From contig CAXXHG010000043.1 of NCBI GenBank assembly GCA_963666315.2, positions 672,001 through 736,000 on the forward strand: a stretch of 64,000 nucleotides of DNA. The letters are read 5' to 3'. This DNA comes from Candidatus Binatia bacterium (lineage in GTDB: Bacteria > Desulfobacterota > Binatia > Bin18). The number at the start of each line of letters is the position of its first letter. Positions within the stretch are counted from its first letter, which is position 1. Shown one piece after another: positions 11,932-20,990 of the stretch. Position numbers and translations under genes: made by a program. The notes beneath the pieces are model-generated. The model saw nothing but the letters and a program-made list of their open reading frames with translations, was not told where the DNA came from and searched no databases.

Positions 11932-12208
11932 AATGAGTCTCGCGCTCTGTTCCAGCGCGATTCAGACGCTCGCGGCTCAGACGCCGGCGCAGTTCACCGG
12001 ATGTCACCCGATATTTAAACGCTTTACGGCCATTGACAAAAAGCACCGGGATTTCCTGGCCAAAGCGGGCTTCTAGTTCTGCCTGTGCTGAGATGTCGAT
12101 TTCTTCAAGGTCAAAAGGCAAGTCGGACTCGACTTCAGCCAGAACGGCTTTCATGTCTTCACACAGGCAGCAGCCCGACCGAGAATATAACGTCAGCGGG
12201 ACGGCCAT
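11927..12208 (-). CDS. glutaredoxin-like protein (DUF836 type)
   Basis: LYSRSGCCLCEDM, EIPVLFVNG. Confidence 0.85.
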   Translation of the reverse strand: MAVPLTLYSRSGCCLCEDMKAVLAEVESDLPFDLEEIDISAQAELEARFGQEIPVLFVNGRKAFKYRVTSGELRRRLSRERLNRAGTERETHS

Positions 12209-13554
12209 GACGGCTCTTCGGGAGTGACTGAGGTTGGCGAAGGTTGCACCTCAGCAAGTTTTTCTATTTTCACTTGGGCAACATGATGGTTGTCGGTTTT
12301 AAGGATCGTCATGCGAACAGTATCGTATTCAAATGTCTCGTCAACTTCCGGAATGTGGCCGAGCCACTTATTAATGAGTCCGCTGACGCTGGTGTAATCA
12401 CTGCCCTCGGGAAGCTCGAATGCAGCAATACGATCATTGACATCTGCAACTGACAGTGAAGCATTCACAACATACGTATGCTCGTCCACCTGATGAATAT
12501 CGTCCGGCTCGATGTCGTATTCATCCTGGATTTCGCCGACCAGCTCCTCCAAGATGTCTTCCATCGTAACCAGGCCGGCTGTACTGCCAAATTCATCAAC
12601 AACAATCGCAATATGGACCTTGCGGTGCTGGAACTCACGCAGCAAGTCATCGATAGGTTTCGTTTCGGGCACATAATACACAGATCGTAGCAGGTCGCGC
12701 AGGATAATCAGGTCACGATGTTCCATCAGGGTAAGCAGATCCTTGGCATGTACGATGCCGAGGATGGTGTCGAGTGAGCCCTCATACACCGGCACGCGGC
12801 TATACCCGCCTTCGACCAAGAGCTTCACCAAGTCATTCGACGGTGCGGTCACGTCCATGGCTGCGATATGTGTTCGTGGAACCATGATTTCCCGAACCAC
12901 CGTCTCACCAAACTCAAAGACATTCTCGATGAGTTCGTGCTCCTCCTCTTCTATGGTGCCGCCTGCACGGCCCTGCTCAAGAAGAAATCGGAGTTCTTCT
13001 CCAGAGTGGTAGTGAGCAGACTCGCCTGCAGGCTCAACGCCAAAGAGACGCAGCACCTGGTTAGCGGCCCAGTTCAGGACACTAATGACTGGGGAAAAAA
13101 TGAGAGCAAAAAACCAGAGCGGATAGGCAATGGCCAGCGTTGTGGACTGGGGATGTTGAATCGCCAGCGATTTTGGTGCGAGTTCGCCAAAGACAATATG
13201 CAGAAATATGATAAAGAGAAAGGCAATAGGCAGTGCGATCTGGTGTGCCAGCTCGGGGTCAACTGCAAACCCAGCCAAGTGCATTGCCTCGATGATAAGT
13301 TTGGCCACAACCGGCTCCCCAATCCATCCCAACCCAAGCGAGGCCAGCGTAATCCCGAGCTGGGTCGCGGACAGGTAGGCATCCAGGTGGGAAATGAGAT
13401 GCTGGCCCAGCTTGGCCGTTCGGCTGCCAGTTTGAACGAGCAGTTCGATTTGAGAGGCGCGGACTTTCACGATCGCGAACTCTGCCGCGACAAAAAATGC
13501 GTTGGCTAGGACTAACAAGAGTGCGATCAATAGGCCGAGGGTCGGACTCTCCAT
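12193..13554 (-). CDS. HlyC/CorC (CNNM-CBS-CorC) hemolysin-family transporter
   Basis: FFVAAEFAIV, QLGITLASLGLGWIGEP, GELAPKS, CBS pair (YSRVPVY, VVDEFG..EDILEELVGEIQDEYD). Confidence 0.93.
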   Translation of the reverse strand: MESPTLGLLIALLLVLANAFFVAAEFAIVKVRASQIELLVQTGSRTAKLGQHLISHLDAYLSATQLGITLASLGLGWIGEPVVAKLIIEAMHLAGFAVDPELAHQIALPIAFLFIIFLHIVFGELAPKSLAIQHPQSTTLAIAYPLWFFALIFSPVISVLNWAANQVLRLFGVEPAGESAHYHSGEELRFLLEQGRAGGTIEEEEHELIENVFEFGETVVREIMVPRTHIAAMDVTAPSNDLVKLLVEGGYSRVPVYEGSLDTILGIVHAKDLLTLMEHRDLIILRDLLRSVYYVPETKPIDDLLREFQHRKVHIAIVVDEFGSTAGLVTMEDILEELVGEIQDEYDIEPDDIHQVDEHTYVVNASLSVADVNDRIAAFELPEGSDYTSVSGLINKWLGHIPEVDETFEYDTVRMTILKTDNHHVAQVKIEKLAEVQPSPTSVTPEEPSWPSR

Positions 13555-13563
13555 GCGTGCGCT

Positions 13564-13638
13564 TCACACCTCCTGATTGGTCAGGGTGCACCACGACGGA
13601 GACTGAGGCCATCGGTCACCAGATGGGGGGTCATCCAT
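13564..13638 (-). CDS. putative 24-aa Pro-rich leader peptide (uORF)
   Basis: MDDPPSGDRWPQSPSWCTLTNQEV*; the stop abuts the AGGAGG RBS of the CorC gene. Confidence 0.3.
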   Translation of the reverse strand: MDDPPSGDRWPQSPSWCTLTNQEV

Positions 13639-13647
13639 ATCTTGGAA

Positions 13648-13677
13648 AGCATAATACGAGTTGGCTCTGTATTGCAA
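13648..13677 (-). promoter_or_regulatory. sigma70-like promoter upstream of the CorC operon
   Basis: Minus strand TTGCAA-N18-TATGCT. Confidence 0.4.
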
Positions 13678-13695
13678 GTGGGAAAATCTGTCGCA

Positions 13696-15753
13696 TCACC
13701 CTGCGCCCTCGTTTTCCGTGAGAAATAGATGGATAGCCTCGACTGAGAGGGGCGTCCAATGCTCGGCCAGCGCAACAGCCGCTTGAACGGCTGTCCGTTC
13801 ACTCGCACCAATCACCTCACGGGTGACGGCATACTGCCGGGTGTGGACCTGGAGCCGAATACTGTTGCCGTTTTCCGTCCAAGCTGATTGTTGGAGAAGA
13901 ATGGGAGCCATGGGTAAAGAGACAATGACGTCATGTAGGAGCGGATCATCGCCATCAACGAGAAAATGGCACCGAGAGCCCACAGTCTGACACAGGACCT
14001 GCATTTCGTCCTGGAGTGTCCGCAGCAGGTCAACGTCGGTACTATAGCTGGGGGTCAGAGTGGTCAGAATAGCAATATCCGGCACAACGGTCCGCAAGAG
14101 CTGGCGCATATCTCCCTGACTCCGCGTACCAAATTCGAGCACGAGTACCTCGACCGCATCTTGACTCAAGAATGCAGTCCACACGGCCTGGCAAAAGGCC
14201 CGGATCAGGCTCCCCCAGCGCAATGATCCTAATTCGATGTTCAGCACGGCGAGGGGCAAGCCTATCTCGGTATTATAGGAGCGTGGGTTGGTTTGGACGT
14301 GGTAACGCATGGCCAGCAACTCGGCCACTATGCGTTTCACCACAGTCTTGCCGTGACTGCCGGCAATTGCGATGACACGCGGCTTTTTACGCCACACAAA
14401 GACGCGCGCTAGCGCTTGGAGAGCAAGGATAGCGCATCGTCGCAACCGGTGCCGCGCAAAGGGATGAGAGGCGATAAGAGGAGCTGGAGACTGACGGTCG
14501 GGCGCTGAACCGTGGACAGCGGTGTGAGCTGTGTGGACGCGATCCGAGTGAGGCTGCGTGGTGGCTGGGGAACAAAAATAGTCTTCCAGACGTGCAAAGG
14601 CGGTTTCAATATCATTCGCTTCGCGGCCAAAGTTGAAGCGCAGATGGGCCTCTCCGCTTGGACCAAACGCAATACCCGGAACAAGGGCAACTTTTGCTTT
14701 CTCGAGAATATCGCGCGCGAGCGTGTGTGAATTCCGTGCGCCGGCCACAGTGTCTTTGACACGTGGAAAAACAAAATACGCGCCTTCCGGTTTCTGGTAG
14801 TCAAACACGTGGGACAGCCGGTCGAGATGGGTCAGAGTCAGATCTCGGCGGGCCTTAAATGCCTGTCGAAATGCCATGAGGTGCTCGTGACCGTCTTCCA
14901 GCGCCGCCAGCGCGGCGTACTGCGAGACAACGGGCGCACACGTCACCAATGCGTCATGCACTTTAAGGATTTCTTGGACATTGCGTACCGCGGAATGCAG
15001 ATAGCCCACGCGCCAGCCGGTCATGGCGTACGCTTTTGAGAAGGTGAAGATGCGGACAACGCGGTTCCGTACGTCTGCGATCTGGGCCGGACTAAAATAT
15101 GCCTCTTTGGTGAAAACAAAATCTTTGTACGCCTCATCACTAATGAGGAGGAGGTCGTGCCGTTCGGCTAAGGCAACAAGTGCGCGGGTTTCCGCCTGCG
15201 AGAACACGGTGCCGGTGGGATTGTTCGGATTACAGTACAGGATGGCTCGGGTGCGCGTGGACAGACACCGTTCGAACGCCTCTTCGTCAAACGCAAAATT
15301 GTGTTCTTCCAGCAAAGGGGCGAACCGCGGGGTACAGCCTGCCATGCGGACGACCTCTTGATAGGAGGCATAACTCGGAGACGGAAGAATCACCTCATCC
15401 CCCGGTTGTGTCAGAGTGAGCAGCGTTGCAGCGATGGCCTGGATAGACCCGCAGGAGATAATGATTTCCTGGTCCGGGTCGTAGTGCATGCCTTCGCGTA
15501 GGAGAGACTCTGCAACGCATTCACGCAGTTGCGGCAGGCCCGGAGTGAGCGAATATGTGGCGCACGCGCCTTCTGCAATTTTTTGTTGCACAAAAGCCTT
15601 AATCGGCTCAGGTGTGTCAAAGCTCGGGATGCCTTGGGCTAGAGAAACTACGCCGGGAATCCGACTGGCTGCCAGCTCGATCTCTTTAATCGGGGAAAGT
15701 TTGACCTCGGCAGTCCGAACAAAGTGTCGATTTTCTCCCTTTCTGCGGTCCAC
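13696..15753 (-). CDS. class I/II PLP aminotransferase fused to a MurF-like ATP-binding (Mur ligase middle) domain
   Basis: N-terminal ~390 aa: CNPNNPTG, SDEAY, TFSKAYAMTGWRVG. C-terminal: VIAIAGSHGKT, YNTEIGLPLAVL, VLVLEFG, PDIAILT. Confidence 0.85.
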   Translation of the reverse strand: MDRRKGENRHFVRTAEVKLSPIKEIELAASRIPGVVSLAQGIPSFDTPEPIKAFVQQKIAEGACATYSLTPGLPQLRECVAESLLREGMHYDPDQEIIISCGSIQAIAATLLTLTQPGDEVILPSPSYASYQEVVRMAGCTPRFAPLLEEHNFAFDEEAFERCLSTRTRAILYCNPNNPTGTVFSQAETRALVALAERHDLLLISDEAYKDFVFTKEAYFSPAQIADVRNRVVRIFTFSKAYAMTGWRVGYLHSAVRNVQEILKVHDALVTCAPVVSQYAALAALEDGHEHLMAFRQAFKARRDLTLTHLDRLSHVFDYQKPEGAYFVFPRVKDTVAGARNSHTLARDILEKAKVALVPGIAFGPSGEAHLRFNFGREANDIETAFARLEDYFCSPATTQPHSDRVHTAHTAVHGSAPDRQSPAPLIASHPFARHRLRRCAILALQALARVFVWRKKPRVIAIAGSHGKTVVKRIVAELLAMRYHVQTNPRSYNTEIGLPLAVLNIELGSLRWGSLIRAFCQAVWTAFLSQDAVEVLVLEFGTRSQGDMRQLLRTVVPDIAILTTLTPSYSTDVDLLRTLQDEMQVLCQTVGSRCHFLVDGDDPLLHDVIVSLPMAPILLQQSAWTENGNSIRLQVHTRQYAVTREVIGASERTAVQAAVALAEHWTPLSVEAIHLFLTENEGAG

Positions 15754-15896
15754 AGTGCGTCAATCTCCTTTTGTCATTGGTGGGATGGGTGGGACGTACG
15801 GGTGAGATGTACGGTACCCAGGACCCTATGGCTTTGCAATGTGGTAGGCAGTTGGGATATATCCCGGACAAGAACTACAAGCATAAGGAGGGCCGC

Positions 15897-16580
15897 ATGA
15901 GCGAACGTTTTTTTTCTGAAGAGGAAATTCGCCAAATGGAAAAACGCACGGTTGATCGATTGACCGAAGCCATAGAAGCCGGTGACACAGAAAAGGCGAA
16001 AAAGATTGCCCAACGTATGTATAACGAATTTCTCAGCATGCACGACCTGTACCGCAACTGGACCACTGCCACTTTGAGCGAGGTTGGGCGTCGTTTTGGT
16101 GATGAGGTACTTGAAGAGATCATGGCCGAAGGAGTCAAAGCCTGGTGGCTGCCTAGTCTGGAGAAGATGCCCTCAGAGCCTGAAGCCTTGCCAAAGAAGA
16201 TCAAAATGTTCATTGCCGGGTTGCACGGCCATCTACAACCCATGAATATTGAAGAAGATGATGAAAAGGTCGTTATTCAGATGCGTCCGTGTGGGAGTGG
16301 CGGACGGCTTGTCCTGGAAGGAAAGTACGAAGGTCCGAATGCGTTTCATACTGTGGAGAAACCGCAGCGTATGACCTATGGCCGGGAAAATTTCCCAGTT
16401 TATTGTGCGCATGAACCATCCATGGAGCTGGTGGATATTGAAAAGAACGGCAAGCCGTTTGTGGTGGTTGAACCGGCCGCCGTGCTTGGAAAAGAACACT
16501 GCTCATTTATTATTTATAAAGACCCGGACAAAGTCCCGAAAAAATATTACGAACGCCTGGGCCTCAAGAAGCCGGAATAG
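15897..16580 (+). CDS. conserved hypothetical protein, possibly V4R-like metal-binding
   Basis: AAGGAGG RBS; PCGSGG, YCAH, HCSF. Confidence 0.65.
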   Translation: MSERFFSEEEIRQMEKRTVDRLTEAIEAGDTEKAKKIAQRMYNEFLSMHDLYRNWTTATLSEVGRRFGDEVLEEIMAEGVKAWWLPSLEKMPSEPEALPKKIKMFIAGLHGHLQPMNIEEDDEKVVIQMRPCGSGGRLVLEGKYEGPNAFHTVEKPQRMTYGRENFPVYCAHEPSMELVDIEKNGKPFVVVEPAAVLGKEHCSFIIYKDPDKVPKKYYERLGLKKPE

Positions 16581-16609
16581 ATCTGATTCACCGGCTGTAA
16601 GGAGCACGT

Positions 16610-17815
16610 ATGCTAGCGGCTGGAGTCGGCTTATCGAAACAGCAGGACACGGAACTGGCCACGCGCGAAGCCGTACACACTGCCCTCAGCCGAGCGGGGA
16701 GTGATACGGCCGATTTTGTCGTAGTCTTTGCGACTGCGCATCATGGCGCAGCCTACGGTCGTCTGCTGCGAACCGTGCGAGAGATGACGCAAGCAGATCA
16801 CGTTGTTGGCTGTAGTGCCGGCGGGGTGCTCACGTCAGACGGCGAAGTCGAGCGCTCTCCAGGTGTGGCTGTTTTGACCGTGCGCTCGGATACGCTGTCG
16901 GCTCAACGTTTCTTCGTGCCCCGGCTTCGCGGCCGTGCGGATGCACTCGGCCAAGAGATCGTCTCCAGCATGAAGCCGCACCTGGGCCAGGAGAATCTGA
17001 CCGTAGTCTTTCCAGATACCTATAATTTTGACTCTCGTGCCTTCTTCCAAGGCATAGCGCAAGGAATAGCAGAGGCCGGCTTGCCGGATGTTCCCTTTGT
17101 GGGTGGCGGAGCGTCAGAAGACGGCAGCCTGGGCGAGACCTTCCAGTTGTGTGGGGAGACGGTCGGCAATGACGCGGTGAGCGGCGTTCTGCTCACCGGC
17201 CATTTTATCCATACGATTAGTGTCACCCAGGCATGCCAGCCCATTAGCCCCATCTATACCGTTACCAAAGCGCATGGAAATCTTCTTTTGGAGCTGGACG
17301 GAAAGCCGGCTTTTGAAGTCTTCTCTAATGCGGTCAGCGCGCCGTTGCGGGAAGATTTGCAGCGTGCCGCCGCGTTTATCTTTGTCGGCTTGCCCGTTGA
17401 TGCTGAACGCCAGCATATTGCGCCGGGCGAATATATCGTTCGCAATATTACGGGTTTTGATCCGGAACGCGGCATTGTTGCGGTGGGTGACGAGATTGTC
17501 GAGGGTCAGAAATTGATCTTCACCCTCCGTGACGGTAATGGCGCACGGACAGATCTCAAACGCACCCTGGAAGAACAGGCTCAAAACTGGCAGGCCGGCA
17601 GGCCGGCATTCGGCCTGTATTTCAATTGCGTGGGCCGGGGGAGTGGTCTGTACGGCATTCCCGATATCGACACCTCATATCTGAGCCAATATCTGGAATC
17701 TGTGCCGATTGTCGGGTTTTTTACCGGTTGTGAGATCGCTCCCATTCAGCACCAGGCATGGGTGCACCAGTATTCCGGGGTACTGGTCCTGGTTGGGGAA
17801 AAGAATCTACACTGA
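16610..17815 (+). CDS. FIST N/C domain sensory protein
   Basis: VVGCSAGGVL, VGGGAS, TQACQPI, LELDGKPA, YFNCVGRG, GFFTGCEIAP. Confidence 0.9.
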   Translation: MLAAGVGLSKQQDTELATREAVHTALSRAGSDTADFVVVFATAHHGAAYGRLLRTVREMTQADHVVGCSAGGVLTSDGEVERSPGVAVLTVRSDTLSAQRFFVPRLRGRADALGQEIVSSMKPHLGQENLTVVFPDTYNFDSRAFFQGIAQGIAEAGLPDVPFVGGGASEDGSLGETFQLCGETVGNDAVSGVLLTGHFIHTISVTQACQPISPIYTVTKAHGNLLLELDGKPAFEVFSNAVSAPLREDLQRAAAFIFVGLPVDAERQHIAPGEYIVRNITGFDPERGIVAVGDEIVEGQKLIFTLRDGNGARTDLKRTLEEQAQNWQAGRPAFGLYFNCVGRGSGLYGIPDIDTSYLSQYLESVPIVGFFTGCEIAPIQHQAWVHQYSGVLVLVGEKNLH

Positions 17816-17843
17816 GCTCCACTGATTTTGTCCGAGCCCACGA

Positions 17844-18221
17844 CTAAAACGGCCACAGACTGCTGAGAAAGCTCGGATCTTCTTCGCTCCGGGCAGGCTG
17901 GGCCTCTTCTTCGTCTCCGCCAAAGCCCTTGAACGGGTTATACTTGGAGAGCAGACCCGGCTTAGTGATCGTCTCACCTGGTGCGGGTTCAAAGTCACGC
18001 GCACTGCCATAGACGGGCACTGACGGTGTGAAAGACATGGGCTCCTGCCCCGCCGTTCTGGCATAGCGTGGCAGGCAGCAGATGTCTCCGTAGCAACACG
18101 CGGCCTCTTTTTCGCAACATTCGATTTTTTTCCTCGCGAACGGACCCCACGAACAGGCGTAGGCAAGAAAAAGAAAGCCCAGCAAAAAATAATAGGTTTT
18201 GAAACTGCTAGTTTTGTTCAT
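17844..18221 (-). CDS. Cys-rich putative lipoprotein
   Basis: Start ATG 18221; hydrophobic segment with lipobox LAYA-C; ECCEKEAACCYGDICC. Confidence 0.6.
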   Translation of the reverse strand: MNKTSSFKTYYFLLGFLFLAYACSWGPFARKKIECCEKEAACCYGDICCLPRYARTAGQEPMSFTPSVPVYGSARDFEPAPGETITKPGLLSKYNPFKGFGGDEEEAQPARSEEDPSFLSSLWPF

Positions 18222-18348
18222 AAATAGCTTGGACCTACGGTCACAGATGGTCAGAAAATACCCTGACAACCACCACGCCCATGCGCGTGACCCGCAGTGG
18301 GCGTTACCATAGCACGAGGGGAAAGAAGAAACAGGATACCTGACACTA

Positions 18349-18522
18349 CCTCTTGGCGAACGTCTGCCCAAACTTGAGACACTACTGGCGCACGGCTTCG
18401 TAGCTGACGATCACTCCACGCTCGGCTAGTATCTCCTCGACATCGCGGAAGCTGAGGCTAAATCGATGGTAGAGCCAGACGGAGTGAGTAATGATTTTAG
18501 GCGGAAACCGATGATTTCTATA
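18349..18522 (-). mobile_element. IS6-family transposase N-terminal remnant
   Basis: YRNHRFPPKIITHSVWLYHRFSLSFRDVEEILAERGVIVSYEAVRQ*CLKFG; conserved Trp became TAG at 18382-18384. Confidence 0.85.
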
Positions 18523-18640
18523 GAGACTTATGGTACGGGGGGGCATATCTCAATTACGGCATGCAGAGTCACTGCTGTACAAGGGCCTCGATAACTCGAC
18601 AGTACCCTTTTAGATTCGAAACGAAGGACAAATTATCGGC

Positions 18641-19240
18641 ATGCCAAACAAGATCATAGACTTGTACTGGGACCTGGGGAGTACCAACACCTATTTCGCC
18701 ATCAAGTTGATCCAGCCCATTACTGCCCGCTACGGCGCTGAGATTCGATGGCATCCATTCAACCTGGGGTACGTGTTCAAATCGAACCACTATGTCTTGA
18801 TGGAGGAGCCGCGAGACAAGCTCAAGAATCGGTTTGATGATCTGATGCGCTGGGCAAAGAAGTACGATCTGCCCTTTCATATACCAACCAATTTCCCAAT
18901 CAAAACAGCCCGCGCCCTCAGAGGCGCGCTGGCCATGAGAAAGTGAGACCTCGAGCTGAAGTACATCGAGGCGATCTTCTCGGCGTATTGGGAGCAGGAC
19001 GTCGGCACTATTGGCGAATATGAGGAGTTGAGCCGAATCGCGGAAGCCCTGGGCGTTGACCCAAGCGCATTCATAGCCGTGAGCGACAGCGAGAAAATCC
19101 GTCAGGGGCTTATCGATTCAACAAATCTCGCTCGCGAACGGGGCGTGTTTGGCGCCCCATCGATCATAATCGAAGACGAGCTGTATTGGGGCAAAGACCG
19201 GATGGACTTCGTTGAGGACCATCTCGCGAGGCTGGACTAG
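18641..19240 (+). pseudogene. DsbA/HCCA-isomerase (kappa GST) family gene split by in-frame TGA
   Basis: YWDLGSTNTYF..FPIKT..AMRK*DLE..GVFGAPSIII..YWGKDRM; both halves in one frame, TGA at 18944-18946. Confidence 0.85.
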
Positions 19241-19354
19241 CACCGCGAACGCAGAGCAGTCTTGGTGTCTATCTACTCTAGGGTCAAAAGGAAGTTTCGC
19301 ACTGTACCCTCTCATGTTCCCATATTGCTTAAGTCGGGTCAGACTGGTCAGACT

Positions 19355-20781
19355 CTGAGGGATCCCCACGAATCACACCAAAAAAGCGTCTAAAAACAAG
19401 AGGATAAAAAAATCGATCCCTCCAGGGGACCGGTCCGGTGCGTCTCGATCTGCTCTAATGCGGAGCAAAATCAGGATCAGAGGAGACCGCACCGTGCCAG
19501 CTTAACACGTCTTACGCACATTGCTCAACGACACCTGTTCCACCATGCATCAAGCCCGGCGGCGGGCCCTTGAGGTGACTGTGCTGGCCGCCTTGTCCGG
19601 GGCACGCTTGACGGTGACGGCTTTAGGCCGCTCCATCGCGAGCCGGGCGAAACAGAAGCATTGCATTAAACGAGCGGACCGCTTGTTATCGAACACGCAC
19701 CTCCACCGGGAACGTGGCGCCATTTATGCGGAGCTGGTTCGCCGGCTTATCGGCAGGTGCCACCGCCCCATCATCCTGGTGGATTGGTCGGACCTGGGTA
19801 ACTGCAAGCGCCATTTTTTACTGCGCGCTGCCGTAGCGGTGAAAGGGCGGTCGGTCACCTTGTATGAGAAAGTGCATACGATCCAGACCAAAGAAAAACC
19901 CAAGAGCCATCGCCATTTTCTGCAGACACTGAAGGGGATGTTAGCGGCGGATTGCTCCCCCCTCATCGTTTCCGACGCCGGCTTTCGCGTCCCCTGGTTT
20001 AAGTTAGTCGAGTCGTTGGGCTGGGATTGGCTCGGGCGCGTCAGGAACCGGACGTTTGTACAATTAGCGGAGGAGGAGCCCTGGTTTCCCTGTAAAGCCC
20101 TGTACCTCCTGGCCACCAAAACACCCCAAGCCCTGGGGCAAGCTTGCATGGCCCAGAGCAACCCCCTGGCCTGCCACCTCGTGCTGTACAACGCCCCGTC
20201 CCAAGGACGCGTGCATAAGAATCGCCTCGGGCACAAAGCGCGGAATGCCCGCAGTCGACGATACGCCGTCTCAACCACAGAACCGTGGCTCTTAGCCACC
20301 TCGCTCCCGCCATGTTCTCACTTCGCCAAGCAGGTTGTTGCGTGGTATGCCTTGCGCATGCAAATCGAAGAAGCTTTCCGCGATCTCAAGAGCACGCGCT
20401 TTGGGTTGTCATTGGAACACCATCTGACCCAGCACGTCGAACGTTTACAAGTCCTGTTGTTGATTGCGCTGTTGGCCTTGATGGTGGCTTGGCTGATGGG
20501 GAAAGCGACGGAATTAACAGGCCAACAGTGGCAATATCAAGCCAACACCGTGAGGCGGCGGACAGTCCTCTCGACGATTTTTATTGGCTTCATCGTGAGT
20601 GCCGATAGACGGACCACACTCACTGCACAGGACCTCACCGGCGCGTGGGAATCGTTGCTGGAGAGTAGTCAGTCCCATTGTCTGTGCCCGCTGATCGAGG
20701 CGGCGGCGACCACTCGCAACAGGGCCGCGTGAACCCCCATGAACTTCCTCGAAATTACTCCTATTCGTGGGGATCCCTCAG
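19355..20781 (+). mobile_element. IS4-family (IS10-like) insertion sequence, 1427 bp
   Basis: Perfect 19-bp IRs CTGAGGGATCCCCACGAAT; 9-bp flanks GGTCAGACT / GGTCAGACC. Confidence 0.95.
19494..20732 (+). pseudogene. IS4 transposase, probably with TAA at codon 4
   Basis: DDE motifs VDWSD, SDAGF, YALRMQIEEAFRDLK. AGGAG RBS + GTG 19494, then TAA 19503-19505 in frame with the long ORF. Confidence 0.75.
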
Positions 20782-20829
20782 GGTCAGACCCGATTTATTA
20801 GCAACGTAAAACTTACAGGCAATGCTCAG

Positions 20830-20976
20830 GATATCGTTGTTGTTGGCCGTGTTGCCGGTGAACGTGTTGAAATCCCCTTTTATGTTAAAGCCTTCGTCAT
20901 CGTTCCCATTTGCTGTGTTGTTAGTGAACTCGTTGTTATCTCCATTAACCGCGAAGCCTTCATCGTCGTTGCCGGC
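20830..20976 (-). pseudogene. fragment of a right-handed parallel beta-helix repeat protein
   Basis: GNDDEGFAVNGDNNEFTNNTAN-GNDDEGFNIKGDFNTFTGNTANNN; 66-nt period. Confidence 0.7.
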
Positions 20977-20990
20977 TCACAGCTCATCGC

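Noticed and set aside
18944-18946. TGA in the DsbA/HCCA-isomerase gene as selenocysteine
   Set aside because: It is not at the catalytic position, there is no CxxU context, and TGG>TGA is the simpler explanation.
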